This document shows positions 26,225-33,323 of a stretch of DNA of 36,987 nucleotides, in pieces. The notes beneath the pieces were generated by a model, which had not been told where the DNA came from, made no database searches, and saw nothing but the letters and a program-made list of their open reading frames with translations. This DNA comes from Candidatus Jorgensenbacteria bacterium RIFCSPHIGHO2_02_FULL_45_20 (GTDB lineage: Bacteria > Patescibacteriota > Minisyncoccia > UBA6257 > GWB1-50-10), in NCBI GenBank assembly GCA_001779535.1, contig MFKJ01000010.1, positions 1-36,987 on the forward strand. Direction: 5' to 3'. Each line of letters opens with the position of its first letter. Positions within the stretch are counted from its first letter, which is position 1. Both the position numbers and the translations under genes were made by a program.

Positions 26225-26322
26225 GTTCGTTTTGGTTATGGATTCATTAAAAATTGAAAATTTCAAATTGAAAATTATTCTCTGCTTTGCGCTTAATACT
26301 TGCCGCTTGATGCTACTTCCCG
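26225..26322. repeat. Heptad-periodic array (14 units). The first 55 nt are paralogous to 29025-29074.
   Basis: GTTCGTT TTGGTTA TGGATTC ATTAAAA ATTGAAA ATTTCAA ATTGAAA ATTATTC TCTGCTT TGCGCTT AATACTT GCCGCTT GATGCTA CTTCCCG. Confidence 0.8.
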
Positions 26323-26329
26323 CCCCGTC

Positions 26330-27142
26330 TCACAAAATAAATATCAATCCTCCTAAAATGAGCATCGCTATTCCGCCGATAATTCTGCCCCGCACGGTGT
26401 CTTTTTTCCACTCCTCCGCTTTTTTGAGAAGAATTTCGTTTCCCGCAATCGCAAGAATGATTATAAGCGGCAAAACAAATACGGCATTATACAAAACAAG
26501 ATAGCCAAGCCCGCTGAAAAATGTGGAGTGGTCATGAAGCAAACCAAGCACAAGCAGGTACGGACCGCCGGTGCATGGAAACTCCCACACGCCCACAAGA
26601 AAGCCGAGCGTGAAAGCGGAAGGCACCGATGCCTTGCTTACAAACAGCGCGATTTTTCTGTGAACAGAACCGGGTATTCCGATTCTAATCGGAAAATTCG
26701 GGAAAAAATGGTTCGCGAGATTCAATAATCCCGAAAATATGAGAATGGCTCCGCCTATTCTCGCGACAAAATGCGGAATGTTCAAAAATTGGAGCGTCTT
26801 CAAAACGCCAAGTCCTATCAAAACATACACGACAAACACTCCGAGAACGTAAGCCCCGCCCGTGAAAATAATATTTTTACGCGTTCGTCCCAAACTAAAA
26901 AGAAACGCTATCGTGAGAAATAAAACCGAAAAAGCGCACGGGTTCACGCTGTCTATCAAAGCCGCGATTACAATAAGCGGCAGGAGTGCTCTACCGCCAA
27001 GAGACGCGGCAAGCAAACCGCCATCCGGCATAGAGTGTTTTATAAAATAAACCGCGGAAAATAAAATCACCGCTAAAACAACGATGGCCACAAGCTGGAA
27101 AACACTCTTTCTTTTCTCTTTTATTATTTTCTGTTCATCCAT
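26330..27142 (-). CDS. CcdA/DsbD-family transmembrane thiol-disulfide electron transporter
   Basis: 270 aa polytopic protein. DSVNPCAFSVL and WEFPCTGGPY carry the two conserved TM cysteines. Confidence 0.8.
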   Translation of the reverse strand: MDEQKIIKEKRKSVFQLVAIVVLAVILFSAVYFIKHSMPDGGLLAASLGGRALLPLIVIAALIDSVNPCAFSVLFLTIAFLFSLGRTRKNIIFTGGAYVLGVFVVYVLIGLGVLKTLQFLNIPHFVARIGGAILIFSGLLNLANHFFPNFPIRIGIPGSVHRKIALFVSKASVPSAFTLGFLVGVWEFPCTGGPYLLVLGLLHDHSTFFSGLGYLVLYNAVFVLPLIIILAIAGNEILLKKAEEWKKDTVRGRIIGGIAMLILGGLIFIL

Positions 27143-27144
27143 GG

Positions 27145-28041
27145 TTATTTTCCACGCTTAAACATGTCTTGAAATACATCTTTAGGGTCGCGCTTATTTT
27201 CTATTATTTCGCGGAGAGCGGATAATATTTCGAATCTCTCCACGTTCCGACCAATGAGAGAAAACACGGACGGCGCAGAAACGACTCCTTCCGTCTGCTC
27301 GTCAAACACGCCGTCAAGCAGCACGTCTTCACCTGCCTGTCTATTATGTGAGTATCCGCTGAATCCGCATGCCGCGAGGTCTCCGAGTCCCGCCGCGCCG
27401 AGCGCTGTTTCCGCTTTGCCGCCAAGCATTTTAACCATCGCGGGTATCTCGCCTATCGCCTTCGAGAGAAGCCAGCCCTTCGCGTTATCGCCCCAGCCGA
27501 GTCCGTCGGCAACGCCGAAAGCAAGCGAATAAACATTTTTCAAAACACCGCTCAAAGCGACCCCATGAACGTCTTTTAAGCGTATTAAATTTATGCGGCT
27601 GTTTCCGAACAATTCGCGCGCAGTAAGGAAAATCTTTTCGTTTCCACATCCCAAAACTCCCGCCCCCGCAAAGTCCCGTTCCAACTCCTCGGCAAGTAGC
27701 GGCCCTCCAAGTATGCCAAACTGTTTTTTCGAAAAGAATTCTCCAATTATTACGTCCGCCGTTTTTCCGGTGCCGCGTTCAATTCCTTTCGTAAGCGAAA
27801 TTATAAATGTATTTCTCTCCGCGTATTCTTTCACCAAAGCGCACGCTTCACGGAGCCCCGCGGACGGCACGCACAAAAAAATCGCATCGGCGCCGTTGAT
27901 TATTTCGGATATGTTTCTTTGGTTCGGTACGGCGCCTTCTTTTTTGTCCCAAAGCCGTACCTCATTTCCAGAAGAAGTTATCACGCCCGAAAGCGCTTTG
28001 CCTATCCTTCCGGCCCCTATGATTGCGATATGATTGTTCAT
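27145..28041 (-). CDS. gpsA: NAD(P)H-dependent glycerol-3-phosphate dehydrogenase
   Basis: IAIIGAGRIGKAL Rossmann motif, LTKGIE, GGPLLAEEL, KNVYSLAFGVADGLGWGDN and GLGDLAAC. Confidence 0.85.
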   Translation of the reverse strand: MNNHIAIIGAGRIGKALSGVITSSGNEVRLWDKKEGAVPNQRNISEIINGADAIFLCVPSAGLREACALVKEYAERNTFIISLTKGIERGTGKTADVIIGEFFSKKQFGILGGPLLAEELERDFAGAGVLGCGNEKIFLTARELFGNSRINLIRLKDVHGVALSGVLKNVYSLAFGVADGLGWGDNAKGWLLSKAIGEIPAMVKMLGGKAETALGAAGLGDLAACGFSGYSHNRQAGEDVLLDGVFDEQTEGVVSAPSVFSLIGRNVERFEILSALREIIENKRDPKDVFQDMFKRGK

Positions 28042-28057
28042 GATAATTTTGAATTTT

Positions 28058-28076
28058 GTCCGCCAGTCGAGCGGAC
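28058..28076. repeat. Small GC palindrome GTCCGC-cagtcga-GCGGAC, embedded in the AT-rich repeat
   Basis: 6-bp arms. Flanked on both sides by GAATTTTG. Absent from the paralogous position in the 2341-2360 copy. Confidence 0.65.
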
Positions 28077-28078
28077 TA

Positions 28079-28226
28079 GAATTTTGAGTGAAACTCGAAT
28101 GAAAGAATCAATGAAACAAAGAGAACGGAGTTTATTCAGGAAAGGTTATTCTGTGTTTAAGTAATTCAGTATTTCGAAATTGATTCGAAATTCAAAATTA
28201 GAAATTTCCGCTGCTTTCTACTCCCA
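28079..28226. repeat. Long intergenic repeat, copy 2 (tsaC-gpsA spacer), paralogous to 2354-2528
   Basis: About 29/30 identity over the first 30 nt and roughly 88% over the last ~90 nt, by eye. Confidence 0.8.
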
Positions 28227-28243
28227 TTGTTCCCTTCTGCTTA

Positions 28244-28894
28244 TTATACCTCAACTCGACCGATTATTTTTTCTATCCTCGATCTCGATATACCGCCAGC
28301 GCGAATTATTTTCGGCGGCTGTCCGGTAAAATCAATCACGGTTGACGGAACTCCGACTTTTGACTTCCCGCCGTCTAAAACAAGCGGGACTTTTCCGTTC
28401 AACTCTTTTACAACCGACAAAGCGGAGGTTGCTTCCTTGTTACTGCCGGATATGTTTGCCGAAGTCGCCGCAATCGGCCCTCCAAACTCTTTTATCAGGG
28501 CGCGCGCGATTTTTGAGTCCGGCATCCTTATTCCTATCGTATTTTTCCCGCCCGTCAAAATATCGGAAAATTCTTTTTTCTTTTTTAAAATCACCGTCAA
28601 CGCCCCGGGGAAAAATTCATCAATGAGAACCCTCGCGCTTTTTGGTATCGTAACCGCGATTCTTTTAACATCACTATCGTTACAGACAAGAATACTCACG
28701 GGTTTGTCCGCGCGCCTGTTTTTAGCGCGAAAAAGTTTTCGAACCGCCCGCGCGTTAAACGGGTCGGCTCCTAACCCGTAAACGGTCTCTGTCGGAAAAG
28801 CGACAATTTCCCCGCGCCTCATAATATCCGCCGCCAATTTTATTATTTTCCTTTCCGGATTTTTTGGATTTACTTTTATTATTTCGGTTAACAT
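28244..28894 (-). CDS. tsaC: L-threonylcarbamoyladenylate synthase (TsaC/YrdC/Sua5 family)
   Basis: 216 aa. VAFPTETVYGLGADPFN and SANISG. Confidence 0.85.
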   Translation of the reverse strand: MLTEIIKVNPKNPERKIIKLAADIMRRGEIVAFPTETVYGLGADPFNARAVRKLFRAKNRRADKPVSILVCNDSDVKRIAVTIPKSARVLIDEFFPGALTVILKKKKEFSDILTGGKNTIGIRMPDSKIARALIKEFGGPIAATSANISGSNKEATSALSVVKELNGKVPLVLDGGKSKVGVPSTVIDFTGQPPKIIRAGGISRSRIEKIIGRVEV

Positions 28895-29024
28895 GGACGA
28901 AGTAATTTACGATTTTCAATTCGAAGTTTTTAATGAATGTTTAATGAGGAGAAAATAAAATCAAAACAATGATTAATTATTATTATACTCTGTCTTTGAA
29001 ATTATATGTTTTTTCTCCCTTTGC

Positions 29025-29074
29025 GTTCGTTTTGGTTATGGATTCATTAAAAATTGAAAATTTCAAATTATTTC
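29025..29074. repeat. Copy of the GTTCGTTTTGGTTATGGATTCATTAAAAATTGAAAATTTCAAATT module
   Basis: Identical over about 45 nt to 26225-26269. Abuts the stop codon of the 569-aa gene. Confidence 0.8.
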
Positions 29075-30783
29075 TATGCCGTTTCTCTCGCGTAACATCC
29101 GTTGCAATAAATTATCGGAGCGTTTTTTTCCGTGAGTGTCGTTTTGAAAGAAACCCCGCATTTCGCGCATTTTCTTTCGACTGTCTGGCAATAATTTATA
29201 TCCTCAATCCATCTGTGGACTTTTTCCATAATTCTGCACATCGGGCACTCGCGGGGAATAGGCAAATTCATTTTTTTTAAAAACGATAGTTCCGTCTCAA
29301 TAATCCTGTATCCTTTGCCGCAAGCCGAACATTCTATGACTTCTTTCAAGATTGATTCTCCCGTGTCTTTTATATGGTCGGGCAACTCATTCGCCTTTTT
29401 TGTTATATCGTATGTTCTTTTCTCTTTTTCTGTCCATATAAATCCTTCTTTTTCCGCCGCCTCTTTTGTCTTCGGGAAAAACAAACTCGCGAATGAATCG
29501 TTATACGGGAAACCGGTGAATTCGGGCGGGAAAAGCTCCCCGTATTTATAAACATTTCCCTTTTTGTCGGTGTATGGCATATCGTCCATATACTTTATTA
29601 TCTTCTCTCTTAAAAAACGGTATTCGCTCTCGCTGTACCTCTTATTCAGAACGCAAAACTCCCCTTTCTTCACGGACACGCATCCAAAATGATTTTTTCC
29701 TCCGGTTGACGCCCGGCAATATTCGGCGCTTATTAGATTTATTCCAGATTCATCACAAAATTTTATATCAGAGACATTTTCCCCAATATTAACCGAATCA
29801 CAACACCTCGCCATATTATTCCCCCAGCTTGCTATGTCGTAAGAATCTTTTGTCGGATTGTCCGCTATAAGAAACAAATATTTACCGTCTTCCGCAAAAG
29901 ACGTTTCAAAACATTCTTTTATGTTTTTTGAATTGAAAATATAATTTCCCGTCGAATTGACGCAAAACTTATCATAAATTCCCTTGTAAAAACTTTTTGC
30001 GTTGCAACTACGCGCTTTTTTCTTTATTTCTTGATATTTTGAATAAGAACCGATATCTATTTCGCTTATTTTTCTGAAATATTCTTCTTTCGACAATTGT
30101 TCATCAAAATAGACGTATTTTTTGTTTTTTATGTTTGTTGACGCGAAACAGTTTTGACACCCAGAAATATCACGGGAGAAAAAACATTCAAGGGATTCTG
30201 TTGCGTGGTCGGTTCCAACGCATCTATTACTCTGAAATGTATGAATGGAATCATAACAAAGTTCAGAATCGGCGGTTAAGGAACAATCGAAAATGTCTTT
30301 ATTCCCTATGCTATAAAAACCATAAGAGCAATTTTCTCCCCTGTCGCCGTGAAAAATCAGATAGCAGTTTTTCAAGTTACCTGTATGGTTTGTATATGGA
30401 GAACTTTTTGTTGTAGGAATATCTATTGACAAAGATATAATCGGGACATTGTGCAAAAGTTCATTGAACTGCTCAAAAAATGGTCTTGAGAAATCGTAAC
30501 CCCGCCCGTATTCAAACGCATCCCAATTATCGCTCCACCAGCATTTCGGACAATACACTTTATACGGCGCATCCGGAGAATATCGCGAAATCACGCTTTT
30601 CTTACATAAATCGCAATCGCGTTTATAAAGATTGAAAAAATTCAAAAACGACAATCTTCTCTCAAGCCGGCATCTCGGACAAAACGTCGGCAGCGGCACT
30701 TCTATCTTCCTATAGAAATCAAAGTCCTCGCTTTCTATCGTGTAGTTTTGCTTGCAATTCTGACACTGTTTTGATTCTTGCAT
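29074..30783 (-). CDS. Cysteine-rich protein (569 aa). Double zinc-ribbon modules at both termini flank a Cys-ladder repeat core. Function unknown.
   Basis: Long uninterrupted ORF with an ATG start. Eight CxxC pairs, four N-terminal and four C-terminal. The terminal modules are homologous to each other. Confidence 0.75.
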   Translation of the reverse strand: MQESKQCQNCKQNYTIESEDFDFYRKIEVPLPTFCPRCRLERRLSFLNFFNLYKRDCDLCKKSVISRYSPDAPYKVYCPKCWWSDNWDAFEYGRGYDFSRPFFEQFNELLHNVPIISLSIDIPTTKSSPYTNHTGNLKNCYLIFHGDRGENCSYGFYSIGNKDIFDCSLTADSELCYDSIHTFQSNRCVGTDHATESLECFFSRDISGCQNCFASTNIKNKKYVYFDEQLSKEEYFRKISEIDIGSYSKYQEIKKKARSCNAKSFYKGIYDKFCVNSTGNYIFNSKNIKECFETSFAEDGKYLFLIADNPTKDSYDIASWGNNMARCCDSVNIGENVSDIKFCDESGINLISAEYCRASTGGKNHFGCVSVKKGEFCVLNKRYSESEYRFLREKIIKYMDDMPYTDKKGNVYKYGELFPPEFTGFPYNDSFASLFFPKTKEAAEKEGFIWTEKEKRTYDITKKANELPDHIKDTGESILKEVIECSACGKGYRIIETELSFLKKMNLPIPRECPMCRIMEKVHRWIEDINYCQTVERKCAKCGVSFKTTLTEKNAPIIYCNGCYARETA

Positions 30784-30789
30784 ATTGCC

Positions 30790-30818
30790 TGTATAGATGG
30801 CTTTGACGCTGATTTTAA
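30790..30818 (-). promoter_or_regulatory. Candidate promoter of the 569-aa gene; the -10 lies 6 nt from the ATG
   Basis: Minus strand reads TTAAAA (30813-30818), N17, TATACA (30790-30795), GGCAAT, ATG. Confidence 0.35.
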
Positions 30819-30846
30819 CGGATTTACGCGGACAAATTCGGTTTCA

Positions 30847-31110
30847 AGTTCTAAATCCTAATCTCTAAACTCTAAACAATATCAATACCCAAAATTCAAA
30901 ATATAAAACATTTTGCCTACCGCACCGTGTCTTTAGTGCGGGTTTTGAATTTTGGATTTTGAACATTTGAATTTGTTTAGGATTTAGATATTAGGGTTTA
31001 GGATTTTATTTGGATTTGTTTAGTCCACCGGTCAGGCGGATTAGATATTAGGGTTTAGGATTTTATCTTGTGTGCAATACTTTCTACTTTACAAACTTTA
31101 TGGACTTTAT
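30847..31110. repeat. Composite repeat. A long imperfect inverted repeat (arms 30847-30902 and 30941-31007) is followed by a duplicated heptad module with a GC palindrome and an ACTTT-type heptad tail.
   Basis: The left arm matches the reverse complement of the right arm at about 45 of 53 aligned positions, with one 8-nt indel. GATT(T)AGATATTAGGGTTTAGGATTTT occurs twice (30981-31007 and 31038-31067). Confidence 0.75.
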
Positions 31111-32288
31111 ACTATTCCATATCTGCTTATTATACCCAAAAATTCACTCTTAAACTCTTTGTATTTTCCTTCCTTTATCGCCTTTCTTATCTTACACATA
31201 AGGTTATTAAAAAAGAAAACGTTGTGGATTGTGGCCAATTTCCCGGCGCGACGGTCTTTTAATTTGAACATTTTTCGCAGTTCCCCGCGCGATATTCGAG
31301 ACGAACACGCTTCGCACGAACATTCCATTTCGAGCGGCTCGGTTGAATTCACATATCCCGATTTTTTTAGATCTATTCTTCCATCACGAGTCCACAAAGC
31401 GCCGTGCCGCGCTTCGCGCGTAGGCACAACGCAGTCAAAGGTATCCACGCCCGCGTCCACCCCCTTAAACACATCCCTAACTGTCCCTATGCCGAGAAGA
31501 TGGCGCGGCTTCTGTTCGGGAAGCAAGTCGTTCACGGCCGCGACCATACCACCCATTCCGTTCTCGCCGAAAGAACCGCCTATGCCGAAACCATCAAACG
31601 GAAGCGAACCGATGAATTTTGCGCTCTCCGCGCGTAAATCGGAAAACACTCCGCCTTGCACTATTCCGTAAAGCATCTGGCTCGCGTTCGTCTTTTTTGA
31701 AAGGCAAACCTCCGCCCACCTGTGCGTACGATTCATCGCTTTTTTTGTGTATTCGTAATCGCTCCATGGAGAAGTGCACTCGTCAAACGCGAACATTATA
31801 TCCGCGCCGAGGCGTTCCTGGATTTTCATTGATTCCTCCGGTCCTAAAAAACGTTCGTCGCGACCATCCGTGAAAAACGCGCCATTTTCCGTAACGCGCA
31901 CAAGATTTTCTTGAGACGCGGCGGCTCGCGGAAAATCCGCAGTGCGCAAAATTCCCACCTTGCCGGTATTATGTTCCCTGCCGAACCCAAAGCTGAACAC
32001 CTGGAATCCGCCGCTGTCCGTCATAATAATGCTCCCTGGCATATCTATCCGCGCCGGCAATCCTTCAAACGAATTAAGTGAATCACCAAGCTCGCGCCAC
32101 AAGTGATACGTGTTCGCTATAATAAGCCGCGTTCCCGCGCGTTCCGCTTCACGCGCGTCAATACACCGCACCTCGGCGTTCGTGCCAACAATCGCGTAAG
32201 CCGGCGTCTCAAGTTTTTTGCCGGATTTAGTTTCCAAAACACCCGCGCGGGCGCGCGAATCGCTGTCTTTGTGCGTTATACAAAACAT
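31107..32288 (-). CDS. tgt: tRNA-guanine transglycosylase (queuine/preQ1 tRNA-ribosyltransferase)
   Basis: 393 aa. TDSGGFQVFS, FDEC, LLGIG, DTFDCVVPTREARHG, and zinc site CSCEAC...H. Confidence 0.9.
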   Translation of the reverse strand: MFCITHKDSDSRARAGVLETKSGKKLETPAYAIVGTNAEVRCIDAREAERAGTRLIIANTYHLWRELGDSLNSFEGLPARIDMPGSIIMTDSGGFQVFSFGFGREHNTGKVGILRTADFPRAAASQENLVRVTENGAFFTDGRDERFLGPEESMKIQERLGADIMFAFDECTSPWSDYEYTKKAMNRTHRWAEVCLSKKTNASQMLYGIVQGGVFSDLRAESAKFIGSLPFDGFGIGGSFGENGMGGMVAAVNDLLPEQKPRHLLGIGTVRDVFKGVDAGVDTFDCVVPTREARHGALWTRDGRIDLKKSGYVNSTEPLEMECSCEACSSRISRGELRKMFKLKDRRAGKLATIHNVFFFNNLMCKIRKAIKEGKYKEFKSEFLGIISRYGIV

Positions 32289-32295
32289 CCTCGTC

Positions 32296-33312
32296 TCACG
32301 CCTTTTCGGAAAGCGATGAATCGTACGCTCCGAGAAGCGCGAAGAAAAAACTTAAAACAATCGGGCCGAAAATAAATCCGAGAGGACCGAAAAATTCAAG
32401 GCCTCCTAAAACGCTCAAAAGTACGAGAAAAGGATGCACGCGCACGCCTTTCTCCAGAAGGAGCGGTCGCAAAACATTGTCTATCGAACCAACGACAAAA
32501 ACCCCCCAAAGAACAAGAGCTAAAGCCAAAATAGGAGCGCTTCCGACTGCCACATAAATGGCGGCGGGGAGAATGATGATTATAGTTCCTAAAACCGGAA
32601 TGAGCGCGGCAAAAATCGCGACGAATCCCCAAAGCGCGGGATTAGGCACGCCAAAAATCCAGAACCCAATCCCGGCGGCAATTCCCTGGCAAACCGCCGT
32701 GATAAGAGTTCCTTTCACTACCGCTCTCGCGGCAATTGTGAGCTTGCCGGCTATTTCTCTCCCGTATTTTTCATCAAAAGGAAGATGTGAACGAATAACC
32801 CGCTTGATTCTGTCAGCGTCCCGCAAAAAGAAAAACATTGCCAAAAAACTTATCACAAGCTCGGTGAGCGCCTGCGTTACGCCGGAGAAAATACTTCCTA
32901 AATTCTGCACGAGCCACAATGCCGCCTTCCGCGCGTAATCAGAAATGTCGAAAAACACATTGGGAGCAATACGGCTTATGTTTTTCTGAATAAACAAAAT
33001 CGCCTCGCTGTTTTCCTGCCCGCTCGAAAGAGCCGTATAAAGATTATGCCCTTCTACAAACGCCTTTGTGCCGAAAAACGCAAGAGGTATAAGTATGACC
33101 AAAAAAACTATGAGCGCGGAAACAATGGCGGCAATGCTTTTTCTGCCGCCGAATAGCTTCGCGAGTTTTCTATGAAACGGTTCGAAAACCACCGCGAATA
33201 CAGCCGCGAGGGCAAGTGAATATAAAAACGGGCGAAGCACAAAAAATGCCAAAATCCCCGCGGCGGCTATAGAGAAAGAAAAAAATATGGTCTGTATCCT
33301 TTTGGTATCCAT
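32296..33312 (-). CDS. AI-2E family transporter (UPF0118/PerM-like permease)
   Basis: 338 aa, about 8 TM. LGSIFSGVTQ, IPVLGTIIIILP and DNVLRPLLL. Confidence 0.85.
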   Translation of the reverse strand: MDTKRIQTIFFSFSIAAAGILAFFVLRPFLYSLALAAVFAVVFEPFHRKLAKLFGGRKSIAAIVSALIVFLVILIPLAFFGTKAFVEGHNLYTALSSGQENSEAILFIQKNISRIAPNVFFDISDYARKAALWLVQNLGSIFSGVTQALTELVISFLAMFFFLRDADRIKRVIRSHLPFDEKYGREIAGKLTIAARAVVKGTLITAVCQGIAAGIGFWIFGVPNPALWGFVAIFAALIPVLGTIIIILPAAIYVAVGSAPILALALVLWGVFVVGSIDNVLRPLLLEKGVRVHPFLVLLSVLGGLEFFGPLGFIFGPIVLSFFFALLGAYDSSLSEKA

Positions 33313-33323
33313 ATATTGTTATT

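Noticed and set aside
2544-27142. Alternative genetic code (UGA recoding, as in some CPR lineages)
   Set aside because: secY (2544) and ccdA (26330) terminate at TGA at the expected protein ends. All conserved proteins are full length under the standard bacterial code.
15901-31110. CRISPR-array interpretation of the recurring intergenic repeats
   Set aside because: The repeats are dispersed over seven separate spacers between genes. They are not regularly interspaced with unique spacers, they occur in both orientations, and there are no cas genes. The Cas4-like nuclease is isolated.
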